Shown piece after piece: positions 10,014 through 19,041 of a DNA stretch of 64,000 nt. Every line of letters starts with the position of its first letter. The first letter of the stretch is position 1. The notes beneath the pieces were generated by a model. That model saw only the letters and a list, made by a program, of their open reading frames with translations, made no database searches and was not told the DNA's origin. This stretch comes from an uncultured delta proteobacterium (GTDB lineage Bacteria; Myxococcota_A; UBA9160; UBA4427). Made by a program: the position numbers and the translations under genes. The stretch covers positions 512,001 to 576,000 of the forward strand of contig CAWGJT010000005.1 of assembly GCA_963822965.1 (NCBI GenBank), in the 5' to 3' direction.

Positions 10014-12248
10014 ATGCGGCCTTCGAACCAGAGGAAGACCCCACCGCCCATGCCCGTCCCCCGCACCCTCACGGCTCGCCCCTGTCGCCGCCGCCCCGCA
10101 GGTCGCTTCGGCCCTGCCCGTCTGGCTCGCTTCGCGCTCTCGGCGCTGCTCGTCTCCCTGTGGCTGGCCGCCGCCGGTCCCGCGGAGGCCGCGCTGTCGT
10201 GCGACCGGGTGCCGGAGCTGCTGCGCGCCTACCTGAACAAGCACTACTCGTTCCGATACCTGAACGACGAGCTGCGCAATCGCACCGTGGAGTCCTACAT
10301 CAAGCGGCTCGACCCCTCGAAGTCGCTCTACCTCACCGCCGAGAAGGAGAAGCTCGCCGCCGATCTGCAGGGGGTCTTCCACGACGTCCGGAGCGGCGAC
10401 TGCGGCAGGCTGCTCGCCATCCGCGACGACATCATCAAGCGATACGAGAACATGCAGGCCTTCGTGGAGGCCTTCGTCGGCAGCGACGACTACGTGCTCG
10501 ACCCGACCGTCGAGCTGATCATCGATCCCGACCAGCGCGCGCGACCGCGCACCGTCGAGGAGCGGAACGACCTCTACCGGCGGCTCGTCCACTTCCAGAT
10601 GTCGAACTACATGGCCAACGGCGAGAAGCTGCCCGACGCCAAGCACAAGCTGATCCACCGTTACGAGCTGATGACCCTGCGCGCGAAGGAGCAGGACGAG
10701 GACGACGTCTACGCGGCCTTCCTCGATTCCTTCGCCACCGCTCTCGATCCCCACTCCAACTACTTCACCGCCGAGGCGGTGGAGGACTTCCAGATCGGAA
10801 TGGAGCTGTCGCTCGAGGGCATCGGCGTGGCCCTCACCTCCCGCGACGGCTACTCGGTGGTGGAGAAGATCATCCCGGGCGGCGCCGCGGACAAGGTCGG
10901 CGGCATCAAGCCGCAGGACAAGATCATCGCGGTGGCCCAGGAAGAAGGTGAGTTCGTCGACATCATCGACATGGACCTACGCGACGTGGTTCGCCTGATT
11001 CGCGGCAAGCGCGGCACGACGGTGCGGCTCTCGATCCTGCGTCAAGGCGAGCAGACCGAGCGCCTCGTGTTGAGCATCGTCCGCGACAAGGTCAAGCTCG
11101 AGGACCAGGCGGCCGCCCTGCGCTTCGAAGAGGTCGACGACGGCAACGGCAAGAAGCTGAAGCTGGCCGTGCTCGAGCTGCCCTCGTTCTACGGCGGCCG
11201 CAACCCGACGGAGCGGCAGAGCTCCCGCGACATGCGTGAGCTTCTCCGGAAGGTGAAGGAAGAGAAGGCGGACGGCCTGCTCCTCGACCTCTCCCGGAAC
11301 GGCGGCGGCCTGCTCGAGAACTCGGTGGAGATCGCGGGCTTCTTCATCCGCAACGGCGGCGTGGTCGCGGTGAAGGACAGCTTCTCCAAGGTGCAGGTGC
11401 TTCGCGACCCCGACGATTCGCTGCTCTACGACGGACCGATGGTGCTGCTCACCTCGCGGGTATCCGCCTCGGCCTCGGAGATCGTGGCGGGTGCGATGAA
11501 GGACTACCGGCGGGCCGTGGTCGTCGGAGACGACCACACCTTCGGCAAGGGAACCGTGCAGAGCATGGTCCCCCTGCCCCGCGACCTCGGCGCCCTCAAG
11601 GTGACGACCGCCCTCTTCTTCCGCCCCGGCGGACACTCGACCCAGCACGAGGGCGTGACTGCCGACATCGTCTTCCCGTCGCTGTACGCGGCCGGAGAGC
11701 TCGGCGAGAAGTACCAGGACTACTCCCTGCCCAGCCAGAGCATCGATCCCTTCCTCGACGCGTCTTCGACGCCGGCCCCGAACGCGAGCGACGAGAGCTA
11801 CTGGCCGGCGGTCACGCCCGAGCTGATCCAGAAGCTGGCCGCGCGCTCGGCCGACCGGGTGGCGAAGAGCGAGGAGTTCGCCGACATCCGCAAGCAGATC
11901 GCCGAGACCGAGGAGCGCAACGGCGTCCTCCACATCTCCGACATCTACAAGCCGGAGGAGAACTCGCAGAGGTCGGCCGAGGGCGCCGAGAAGGACGGCA
12001 AGAAGACGGAGAAGAGCGAGGGCGCCAAGACGGACAAGTCGGAGAAGACCGATCAGGCCGGCACGGGCCTGCCCGAGAACGGATCCGTGGCCTCGACGGC
12101 GGGCGAGGGCTCGCAATCGGGCGACCTGGCGCACATCCCGCCGGCCGGCCGGTCCGAAGGCGAGGGCGACGCAGACAGCACCGAGCTCTCCCCGCAGCAG
12201 CGCGAGGCGCTCCAGATCCTCGCGGACTTCGTCCGACTGGAGGGCTGA
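10014..12248 (+). CDS. prc: C-terminal processing protease (S41A, Prc/Tsp type); start uncertain (10014 or 10050)
   Basis: Signal-like N-terminus, LDPHSNY, PDZ segment (GIGVAL...IRGKRGTTVRL), DLSRNGGG, SASASEIVAGA, TFGKGTVQ. Confidence 0.92.
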   Translation: MRPSNQRKTPPPMPVPRTLTARPCRRRPAGRFGPARLARFALSALLVSLWLAAAGPAEAALSCDRVPELLRAYLNKHYSFRYLNDELRNRTVESYIKRLDPSKSLYLTAEKEKLAADLQGVFHDVRSGDCGRLLAIRDDIIKRYENMQAFVEAFVGSDDYVLDPTVELIIDPDQRARPRTVEERNDLYRRLVHFQMSNYMANGEKLPDAKHKLIHRYELMTLRAKEQDEDDVYAAFLDSFATALDPHSNYFTAEAVEDFQIGMELSLEGIGVALTSRDGYSVVEKIIPGGAADKVGGIKPQDKIIAVAQEEGEFVDIIDMDLRDVVRLIRGKRGTTVRLSILRQGEQTERLVLSIVRDKVKLEDQAAALRFEEVDDGNGKKLKLAVLELPSFYGGRNPTERQSSRDMRELLRKVKEEKADGLLLDLSRNGGGLLENSVEIAGFFIRNGGVVAVKDSFSKVQVLRDPDDSLLYDGPMVLLTSRVSASASEIVAGAMKDYRRAVVVGDDHTFGKGTVQSMVPLPRDLGALKVTTALFFRPGGHSTQHEGVTADIVFPSLYAAGELGEKYQDYSLPSQSIDPFLDASSTPAPNASDESYWPAVTPELIQKLAARSADRVAKSEEFADIRKQIAETEERNGVLHISDIYKPEENSQRSAEGAEKDGKKTEKSEGAKTDKSEKTDQAGTGLPENGSVASTAGEGSQSGDLAHIPPAGRSEGEGDADSTELSPQQREALQILADFVRLEG

Positions 12249-12252
12249 TTCT

Positions 12253-12322
12253 GGCCGCCGGAGAGCCCCCGCACACGGCCGCCGGAGGGCCCCCGCACAC
12301 GGCCGCCGGAGAGCCCCCGCGC
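12253..12322. repeat. tandem repeat, about 3 x 24 bp
   Basis: GGCCGCCGGAGRGCCCCCGCACAC x3; in frame with the downstream small ORF. Confidence 0.85.
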
Positions 12323-12346
12323 AAGTCCTCCGGAACGGGCCTGCGC

Positions 12347-12601
12347 GTGGCCGCCGGCATCGCGCTGGCGGCCCTCTTCTTCGGCGCCATGTTCTACGTC
12401 ACCGCCGCCGAGACCGCCGTCGAGTGCACGGTGTGCATCCGCTTCGGCCCCGGCGAGAACTGCGCCACGGTCTCGGGCCCCGACCGCGACCAGGCGATGA
12501 GCCAGGCCGCAACCACCGCCTGCGCGCCCCTCTCGAGTGGTGTCACCGAAGGCATGGAGTGCAACCGCACCCCCCCGCGGTCGGCCACCTGCACGGATTG
12601 A
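12347..12601 (+). CDS. small membrane-anchored Cys-rich hypothetical protein (start may lie further upstream)
   Basis: Hydrophobic N-terminal helix followed by six Cys; GC3-rich codons. Confidence 0.65.
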   Translation: MAAGIALAALFFGAMFYVTAAETAVECTVCIRFGPGENCATVSGPDRDQAMSQAATTACAPLSSGVTEGMECNRTPPRSATCTD

Positions 12602-12674
12602 GCCGGGACGCTCTGCTACGTTCGCCGGCGGCGGGATTCCGAAACCTCCTCCCGCCACGGACATCGGAGCCTCC

Positions 12675-13322
12675 ATGAGTCTCGAAGCCCTCGACCCCAC
12701 CACCCGGGAGCGGATCGCCTCCCTGGTCGCGCAGAACGACGTGATGCTCTTCATGAAGGGCAACCGGAGAGCCCCCCAGTGCGGGTTCTCGGCCACTGTC
12801 GTGCAGATCCTGGACACGCTGATGCCCGAGTACGCGACGGCGGACGTCCTGTCGGACCCGGCCCTGCGGGAAGGCATCAAGGTCTACTCGTCCTGGCCGA
12901 CGATTCCCCAGCTCTACCTGAAGGGCGAGTTCGTCGGCGGCTGCGACATCATCCAGGAGCTCTTCGGCTCGGGGGAGCTGCACGAGATGCTGGGGATCCA
13001 GCTCGACCTGGACGCGGAGCCGCAGATCACGATCAGCGACGAGGCCTCCCAGGCGCTGCAGCAGGCCGTGGCCGGGGCGGCCGGCGACGGCCGGGAGCTG
13101 CACCTCGCCATCGACGCCCTCTACCAGGCCAGCCTGGCCATGGCCCCACGCGGACCGCGCGACATCGAGATCGACGCCAACGGCGTCAAGCTGCTGGTGG
13201 ATCCCGTGAGCGCCCAGCGGGCCGACGGCGTGGTCATCGACGCCGTCGAGACGGCGCGTGGGGTCGGCTTCCGCATCGAGAACCCGAACGATCCCAAGGC
13301 CCAGCCGGGTGCGGGAGCCTGA
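12675..13322 (+). CDS. grxD: monothiol glutaredoxin (Grx4) fused to a Cys-less HesB/IscA-like domain
   Basis: LFMKG, PQCGFS, WPTIPQLY, GGCDI; the C-terminal half ends with VKLLVD...IDAVE...GFRIENPN. Confidence 0.9.
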   Translation: MSLEALDPTTRERIASLVAQNDVMLFMKGNRRAPQCGFSATVVQILDTLMPEYATADVLSDPALREGIKVYSSWPTIPQLYLKGEFVGGCDIIQELFGSGELHEMLGIQLDLDAEPQITISDEASQALQQAVAGAAGDGRELHLAIDALYQASLAMAPRGPRDIEIDANGVKLLVDPVSAQRADGVVIDAVETARGVGFRIENPNDPKAQPGAGA

Positions 13323-13328
13323 CGGATC

Positions 13329-13604
13329 GTGGCCCTGCAGATCCTCAACGCGGGCCCCGATCCGGACGAGATCGCCGGTCGGATCCGCGACGCCATCGCC
13401 GCCGCGATCCAGGGAGCCCAGGTGGAGGTGACCGCGCGCGGCCCCGGGCACTTCGAGGTGCGGGTCGTCTCCCAGGCTTTCGAAGGGCGAAGCCGGGTGC
13501 AGCAGCACCAGCTCGTCTACGGGGCCATCACCGAGCTCATGAGCGGCCCCCAGGCCCCCGTGCACGCCATCGACCGGCTGGAGTGCGTGACACCGGCTAG
13601 CTGA
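13329..13604 (+). CDS. BolA/IbaG family protein
   Basis: HFEVRVVSQAFEGRSRVQQHQLVY...VHA; adjacent to grxD. Confidence 0.9.
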   Translation: MALQILNAGPDPDEIAGRIRDAIAAAIQGAQVEVTARGPGHFEVRVVSQAFEGRSRVQQHQLVYGAITELMSGPQAPVHAIDRLECVTPAS

Positions 13605-13626
13605 GGGAGCCCGTTGGGCTCCCTTT
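13604..13626. terminator. hairpin between convergent genes
   Basis: AGGGAGCCC-gtt-GGGCTCCCT followed by TT. Confidence 0.55.
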
Positions 13627-13647
13627 GCGGCCCGGCGTGCAGGGGCG

Positions 13648-15054
13648 TCACACGAGCCCGAAGCTTCGAGCGCTCTCGCCGCGGGCAATCTCGACCACCG
13701 TCTCCAGCCCTCGGACCAGCGACGCCCGGTCCGCGGCTCCCGAGAACGAGAGGCGAACCGCCCGGGGTGCGGGGCCGGCCCCCAGGTGGAAGGCGTCCGC
13801 CGGCGTCAGGATCACGCCCCGCTCCCGGGCCGCGTTCGCGAACGCGGTCGCGTTCCATCCCCCTCCCAGCTCCAGCCATGCGTGATAGGCGGTCGGTGCC
13901 GAGCGCAGCCGGAAGTCTCCCGGCAGGGTCGCCAGCACCTCCACGGCCAGGGCCTGGCGCGCCGCTGCCTCCTCCCTTCGCCCGGCGGCGACGCGCGAGA
14001 AGGTGCCGTCGCGAATCCAGCCGGAGGCCAGTGCGCACGCGATCGGCGAGACCATCCAGATGGTCCCCCACACCTGCAGGGTGACGCGCTCGCGCAGCCC
14101 GTCGGGCACGGCCAGGTAGCCGATGCGCAGGGACGGAGCCAGGCTCTTCGAGAGCGTCGCGATGTAGATCGATCGCTCGGGGGCGAGCCGCGCGACGGGC
14201 GGCGGCGCGTCCGGAGCCAGCATGCGGTGGACGTCGTCCTCGACGACGCCCACGTCGTAGCGCGACGCGATCTCGGCAATGGCCTCGCGCCGCGCGAGGG
14301 GCAGCGTCGAGGTCGTCGGATTCTGCAGGGTCGGCGACAGGTACAGGGCCCGCGGCCGGCTGCGGGCGCACACCTCGGCGAACGATTCGGGCACGATGCC
14401 GTTGCCGTCCACGGCGACGGGCTCGATGCGGAGGTCACGCGACTCGGCTGCAGCGCGGAAGCCCGGGTAGGTGAGCGCCTCGACGGCGACTGCGTCTCCC
14501 GGGCGACAGAAGGTTGCGAGCCCGACCGCCAGGCCGTGCTGTCCGCCCGCGCAGATCACCACGCGATCCGCCGGTACCTCCATCCCGTGCTCGCGCAGGG
14601 CCACGACGCCGGCCTCGCGATCCTCGAGGCCGCCTTCGGGAGGGCGGTAGCCGAGGAGTCGGTCGCTGCGCGGGTCGTCGGCGAGCGCACGCAGCGCCGC
14701 CGCCAGGTCGGGGGCCGGTTGGGGGACGGGGACGTTGAGCCCGAGGTCGATCGTCTCGGTGGCGTCCTGCGCTGCGCGTCCGAAGCGTTCGCCGACACCC
14801 GGAGACGGGGCGCCTCCCACGAAGGTGCCGCGCCCCACCTCGCCGCGGATCCAGCCGGCCCGCTCGCATTGCGCATAGGCACGCGACACGGTTCCGACGT
14901 TCACCCCCAGGCGCTCGGCGAGATCCCGATGGGTGGGCAGCCGCGCTCCCCGGGCGAGGACGCCGCGGCGTACGTCCGCCTCGATGGCGCGAGCGATGGA
15001 GAGATACAGGGGGAGATCCGGCTCGGCGGGGATCTCGGGGGTCCAAATTGTCAT
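13648..15054 (-). CDS. MocR/GabR-family regulator (GntR HTH + PLP aminotransferase domain)
   Basis: LPTHRDLAERLGVNVGTVSRAY HTH; LQNPT, VEDDV, TLSKSLAPSLRIGY. Confidence 0.93.
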   Translation of the reverse strand: MTIWTPEIPAEPDLPLYLSIARAIEADVRRGVLARGARLPTHRDLAERLGVNVGTVSRAYAQCERAGWIRGEVGRGTFVGGAPSPGVGERFGRAAQDATETIDLGLNVPVPQPAPDLAAALRALADDPRSDRLLGYRPPEGGLEDREAGVVALREHGMEVPADRVVICAGGQHGLAVGLATFCRPGDAVAVEALTYPGFRAAAESRDLRIEPVAVDGNGIVPESFAEVCARSRPRALYLSPTLQNPTTSTLPLARREAIAEIASRYDVGVVEDDVHRMLAPDAPPPVARLAPERSIYIATLSKSLAPSLRIGYLAVPDGLRERVTLQVWGTIWMVSPIACALASGWIRDGTFSRVAAGRREEAAARQALAVEVLATLPGDFRLRSAPTAYHAWLELGGGWNATAFANAARERGVILTPADAFHLGAGPAPRAVRLSFSGAADRASLVRGLETVVEIARGESARSFGLV

Positions 15055-15064
15055 GGTGACAATT
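15046..15064. promoter_or_regulatory. candidate MocR operator, perfect inverted repeat AATTGTCA-tgg-TGACAATT
   Basis: Overlaps the regulator start codon, in an AT-rich divergent intergenic region. Confidence 0.7.
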
Positions 15065-15160
15065 GAAGCATTGAATCGGTCAAAGTGGCAAGTACAATCG
15101 GGCTCATTGACCCGAATCAATGCGCCCATCCAGCCGACTCTGACAGCCAGGATGAATCCG

Positions 15161-16507
15161 ATGAAGCTTCTCGACGACGTGGCCCGCCGGGCCGACCGCT
15201 ACCTCGCCTCGCTGGATGCGCGCCCCGTCTTCCCGGCCGCTGCGGACGTCGATCGGCTCGCCGACTTCCTGGCCGTCCCCCTGCCGACGGAGCCCACCGA
15301 CCCCGAGCGAGTGCTCGCCGACCTCGATCACTTCGGCTCTCCGTCCACCACCGCCACCGCCGGCGGGCGCTACTTCGGGCTGGTGATCGGCGGGGCGCTC
15401 CCCGCGTCGCTGGCGGCCAGCTGGCTGGCCACGGCCTGGGACCAGAACGCCGGCCTCCGCATGGCGTCGCCCGCGGCGGCCGACTTCGAGCGCGCGGCCC
15501 TGCGCGATCTGCTCGACGTGCTCGGCCTGCCGGAGACGAGCGAGGCGGCCTTCGTGACCGGCGCCACCATGGCCACGTTCAGCGCGCTGCTCGCGGCCCG
15601 TCACGCGCTGCTCGCGCGCAGCGGCTGGGACGTGGACGCGCGCGGTCTCTTCGGGGCGCCCGACCTGCCCGTGGTCGTGAGCGAGGACATCCACCCCTCG
15701 CTCCGCAAGGCGCTCGGCATGCTGGGGCTCGGCCGCGACCGGGTGACCCTGCTGCCCGTCGACGGCCAGGGCCGGATCCGCCCCGATTCCCTGGCTCGGG
15801 CGATCGACCGCCCCAGCATCGTGTGCGCCCAGGCGGGCAACGTGAACACCGGCGCCTTCGATCCCTTCGAGGCACTGTGCGAGCACGCCGAACGAACGCA
15901 GAGCTGGCTCCACGTCGACGGCGCCTTTGGCCTCTGGGCCGCCGCCGCGCCGGGGCGGCGACACCTCGTGCAGGGCATCGAAGGCGCCTCGTCGTGGGCC
16001 ACCGACGCCCACAAGTGGCTCAACGTGCCCTACGACTCGGGCATCGCCTTCGTGCGCGACGGCGACGCCCTGCGCGCGGCGTGCTCGCTGGACGCCGCGT
16101 ACATCCAGCACGGCGCAGTACGGGAGCCCAGCGCGACGACCCCGGAGATGTCGCGACGAGCCCGGGGCATCGAGATCTGGGCGGCGCTGCGCACCCTCGG
16201 CCGCGCCGGCGTCGCGGACCTCGTGGAGCGTTGCTGCCGGCATGCCACTCGCTTCGCCGAAGGCCTCACGGAGGCGGGCTTCGAGATCCTGAACGACGTG
16301 GTGCTGAACCAGGTGCTGGTCTCGTTCGGCTCCGAGCAGGACACCCGCAGCGCGATCGACGCGATCCAGCGGGACGGCACCTGCTGGTGTGGCGCCACCG
16401 TCTTCCAGGGACGGAGCGCCATGCGCATCAGCGTGTCGTCCTGGGCGACCACGGACGACGACGTCGAGCGCAGCCTCCAGGCGATGGTGCGGGCCGCGCG
16501 CGGCTGA
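15161..16507 (+). CDS. group II PLP-dependent (aromatic L-amino acid-type) decarboxylase
   Basis: WLHVDGAFGLW, ATDAHKWLNVPYDSG, EMSRRARG; AGGA RBS before the ATG at 15161. Confidence 0.9.
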   Translation: MKLLDDVARRADRYLASLDARPVFPAAADVDRLADFLAVPLPTEPTDPERVLADLDHFGSPSTTATAGGRYFGLVIGGALPASLAASWLATAWDQNAGLRMASPAAADFERAALRDLLDVLGLPETSEAAFVTGATMATFSALLAARHALLARSGWDVDARGLFGAPDLPVVVSEDIHPSLRKALGMLGLGRDRVTLLPVDGQGRIRPDSLARAIDRPSIVCAQAGNVNTGAFDPFEALCEHAERTQSWLHVDGAFGLWAAAAPGRRHLVQGIEGASSWATDAHKWLNVPYDSGIAFVRDGDALRAACSLDAAYIQHGAVREPSATTPEMSRRARGIEIWAALRTLGRAGVADLVERCCRHATRFAEGLTEAGFEILNDVVLNQVLVSFGSEQDTRSAIDAIQRDGTCWCGATVFQGRSAMRISVSSWATTDDDVERSLQAMVRAARG

Positions 16508-16576
16508 CGGACCGAATCCTTCGGATTCGTTCGCGGCGCCGGACGGCCGTCTCCGCACGGCTGGGTCTGCCAGCGC

Positions 16577-18169
16577 TCAGACGCGGGGGCCGCCGCCTTC
16601 CTGGATCTGCCGCTGCACCTTGTCGTTCACCTGCCGTCGCCGCTCCTGCAGCTCGCGATGCGTCATGGCCTGCACGTCGTCCTGTACGCCGAGCCCGCGC
16701 CGGAAGCCGTCGAGATCGACGCTCGTCCCGCGCGGGTCGAGGCCCACGTCGCGCAGGATCTGCTCCGCGTGGTTGGCGACGAAGTAGCCGTAGATGCGGC
16801 CGATCTCGGCGAAGAGATCGAGATCCGGCGCGAGGGTGGCCACCGCGCTGTCGAGGAAGAGCAGGTTCTTCACGTACAGCATCAGGTGCTTGGGAAGCTT
16901 CGCGCCGTGGGCCAGCAGCCCCTTCAGCACGTCCTGGATCTCGGCCACGAGCTGCTCGCCCGAGAGCCGCGTCGGATCCAGGGTGGGCCGGTCGAGCCGC
17001 AGCACCCGTGCCAGCTCGTCGAGGTCAGCGTCCGGGGGCAACGCACCGAGATCCCGGAACGCCTCCAGCTGACCGCGCATGTCGTTCACCGCGCCGGTCA
17101 TCATCATGCGCAGGAACGCCAGGCGTTGGGGCTCCTCCATGCGGCCGGTGATTCCGAAGTCGAGCAGCGCGACGTGGCCCTCGGGCAGCACGAAGAGGTT
17201 GCCGCCGTGCAGGTCGCCGTGGAAGACCCCGTAGATCATGGCGCCCTCGAGAAACGAGATGAGCAGGGCGCGCAGCACCCCGGCGGTGTCGATCTCCGCG
17301 CGGCGCATGCCCTCCACGTCCTCGTAGCCGAAGCCCTCGAGTCGCTGCATGACGAGCACCCGGCGGGTCACCAGCTCGGGATGCGGTCGGGGCACCACCA
17401 CGGCGTGCTGCCCCGCCGCGCGCAGCACGCGGCCCACGTCGAGCATGTTCTGGGCCTCGAGACGGAAATCGAGCTCTTCGGTGATGGTCTCCGCGAAGAG
17501 CTCGACCAGCGCCGGCGGGTTGGCGAGCGCCGCCACCGGCAGGCGCCCCACCAGGAAGGGGGCGATCCAGGCCATGGCGGCCACGTCGCGCCGTACGAGG
17601 CTCGCCACCCGGGACCGCTGCACCTTCACGACGACCCGCTCGCCGCTGGCGAGCACCGCGGCGTGCACCTGGGCGATGGACGCCGACGCCAGGCACTGCG
17701 GTTCGAAGCGCGCGAAGATCGCCTCGAGGGGCGCTCCCAGGTCGGCCTCCACCACCGCACGCACGCGTTCGAAGGGCTCGGGCGGCACCTGGTCGCGGCA
17801 GCGCTTGAACTCCTCCACCAGCTCGTCGGGGAAGAGCCCCTTCCCCGACGAGACGATCTGTCCGAGCTTGATGTAGGTGGGGCCGAGGCGCTCGAAGACG
17901 ACGCGCAGGCGACGCGAGAGATCGCCGCGCGAGACCGGCCCCCCGACCCTCCGCGCACCCAGCCACCAGCGCAGCACCGCGAAGCCCGTCCCGACGCCCG
18001 CCTCCACGAAGCGGCCGAGGGGCGGCAGCCAGCGGCGGCCGACGAGGACCGGCACCTCCTGCCGGGTGCGCTCGCGCAGGGCCTCCAGGTCGCGCTGCCA
18101 CGGCAGCGGCCCGTCACCGAGGGTCCAGGGGCCCGTGTCGCTGAACGCGTATCGATCCCGGTCGCTCAT
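16577..18169 (-). CDS. ABC1/UbiB (AarF) family atypical kinase
   Basis: LGPTYIKLGQ, ASASIAQVH, VVKVQR, ELDFRLEA, FHGDLHGGN, LLDFG. Confidence 0.92.
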   Translation of the reverse strand: MSDRDRYAFSDTGPWTLGDGPLPWQRDLEALRERTRQEVPVLVGRRWLPPLGRFVEAGVGTGFAVLRWWLGARRVGGPVSRGDLSRRLRVVFERLGPTYIKLGQIVSSGKGLFPDELVEEFKRCRDQVPPEPFERVRAVVEADLGAPLEAIFARFEPQCLASASIAQVHAAVLASGERVVVKVQRSRVASLVRRDVAAMAWIAPFLVGRLPVAALANPPALVELFAETITEELDFRLEAQNMLDVGRVLRAAGQHAVVVPRPHPELVTRRVLVMQRLEGFGYEDVEGMRRAEIDTAGVLRALLISFLEGAMIYGVFHGDLHGGNLFVLPEGHVALLDFGITGRMEEPQRLAFLRMMMTGAVNDMRGQLEAFRDLGALPPDADLDELARVLRLDRPTLDPTRLSGEQLVAEIQDVLKGLLAHGAKLPKHLMLYVKNLLFLDSAVATLAPDLDLFAEIGRIYGYFVANHAEQILRDVGLDPRGTSVDLDGFRRGLGVQDDVQAMTHRELQERRRQVNDKVQRQIQEGGGPRV

Positions 18170-18249
18170 GCGGGGCCGAGAATAGCCGCCCCGACCCCGC
18201 CCACACGCACCGATAGCGCCCCGGACGGGATTCGGATATCCATGCGCCC

Positions 18250-19041
18250 ATGTCCGCAACCTCCGCGCCGAAGCCCCCGGTCGCCGTGCCGATCTCCGTC
18301 CAGCTCTACTCCCTCCGCGAGGAGGCCAACGCCGACTTCCCGTCGGTGATCGCGCGCCTGGGACGCGCGGGCTTCGTGGGGGTCGAGCCGGCCGGCCTGC
18401 ACGGGATGGCGCCGCGCGAGTTCCGACGGCGGGTGGAGGAGGCGGGCATGACCGTGAGCAGCTCGCACATCGCCCTGCCCGTGGGCGACGCGGCCGACGA
18501 GATCCTCGACCTGCAGGAGGAGATCGGGAGCCGGGACGTGGTGGTGGCCTTCCTGCCGCCCGACCGCTTCGGCGACGACGACCAGATCTTCGTCACCGCC
18601 GACCAGCTGAACCGGGCTCACGAGAACGTCAAGGGCCGTGGCATGCGCCTCGGCTACCACAACCACAACTGGGAGTTCGCGACGAAGGTCGACGGCCGCA
18701 CCGCACACGAGAGGCTCTTCGAGCAGCTGCACCCGGAGATCTTCGCCGAGGTCGACGTCTACTGGGCCCAGGTCGGCGGCAGCGATCCCGTCCGGGTGGT
18801 CGCGTCGCTCGGGCCCCGCGCGCGCCTGCTGCACATGAAGGACGGCCCGGCGAAGAGCCCGAAGAGCCCGATGACCGCCGCCGGCGAAGGCGCCGTCGAC
18901 CTGGCCGGCATCGCGCGCGCCGCCCCCCACGCAGCGTGGCACGTCGTCGAGCTCGACCGCTGTGCGACCGACATGTTCGAAGCCGTCGAGCGGAGCTACC
19001 GCTACCTCACGAGCCAGGGCATCTCGAAGGGCCGGGTATGA
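18250..19041 (+). CDS. sugar-phosphate isomerase/epimerase-like TIM barrel (AP endonuclease 2 family)
   Basis: SVQLYSLRE, GYHNHNWEF, EVDVYW, LLHMKD, VVELD. Confidence 0.88.
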   Translation: MSATSAPKPPVAVPISVQLYSLREEANADFPSVIARLGRAGFVGVEPAGLHGMAPREFRRRVEEAGMTVSSSHIALPVGDAADEILDLQEEIGSRDVVVAFLPPDRFGDDDQIFVTADQLNRAHENVKGRGMRLGYHNHNWEFATKVDGRTAHERLFEQLHPEIFAEVDVYWAQVGGSDPVRVVASLGPRARLLHMKDGPAKSPKSPMTAAGEGAVDLAGIARAAPHAAWHVVELDRCATDMFEAVERSYRYLTSQGISKGRV

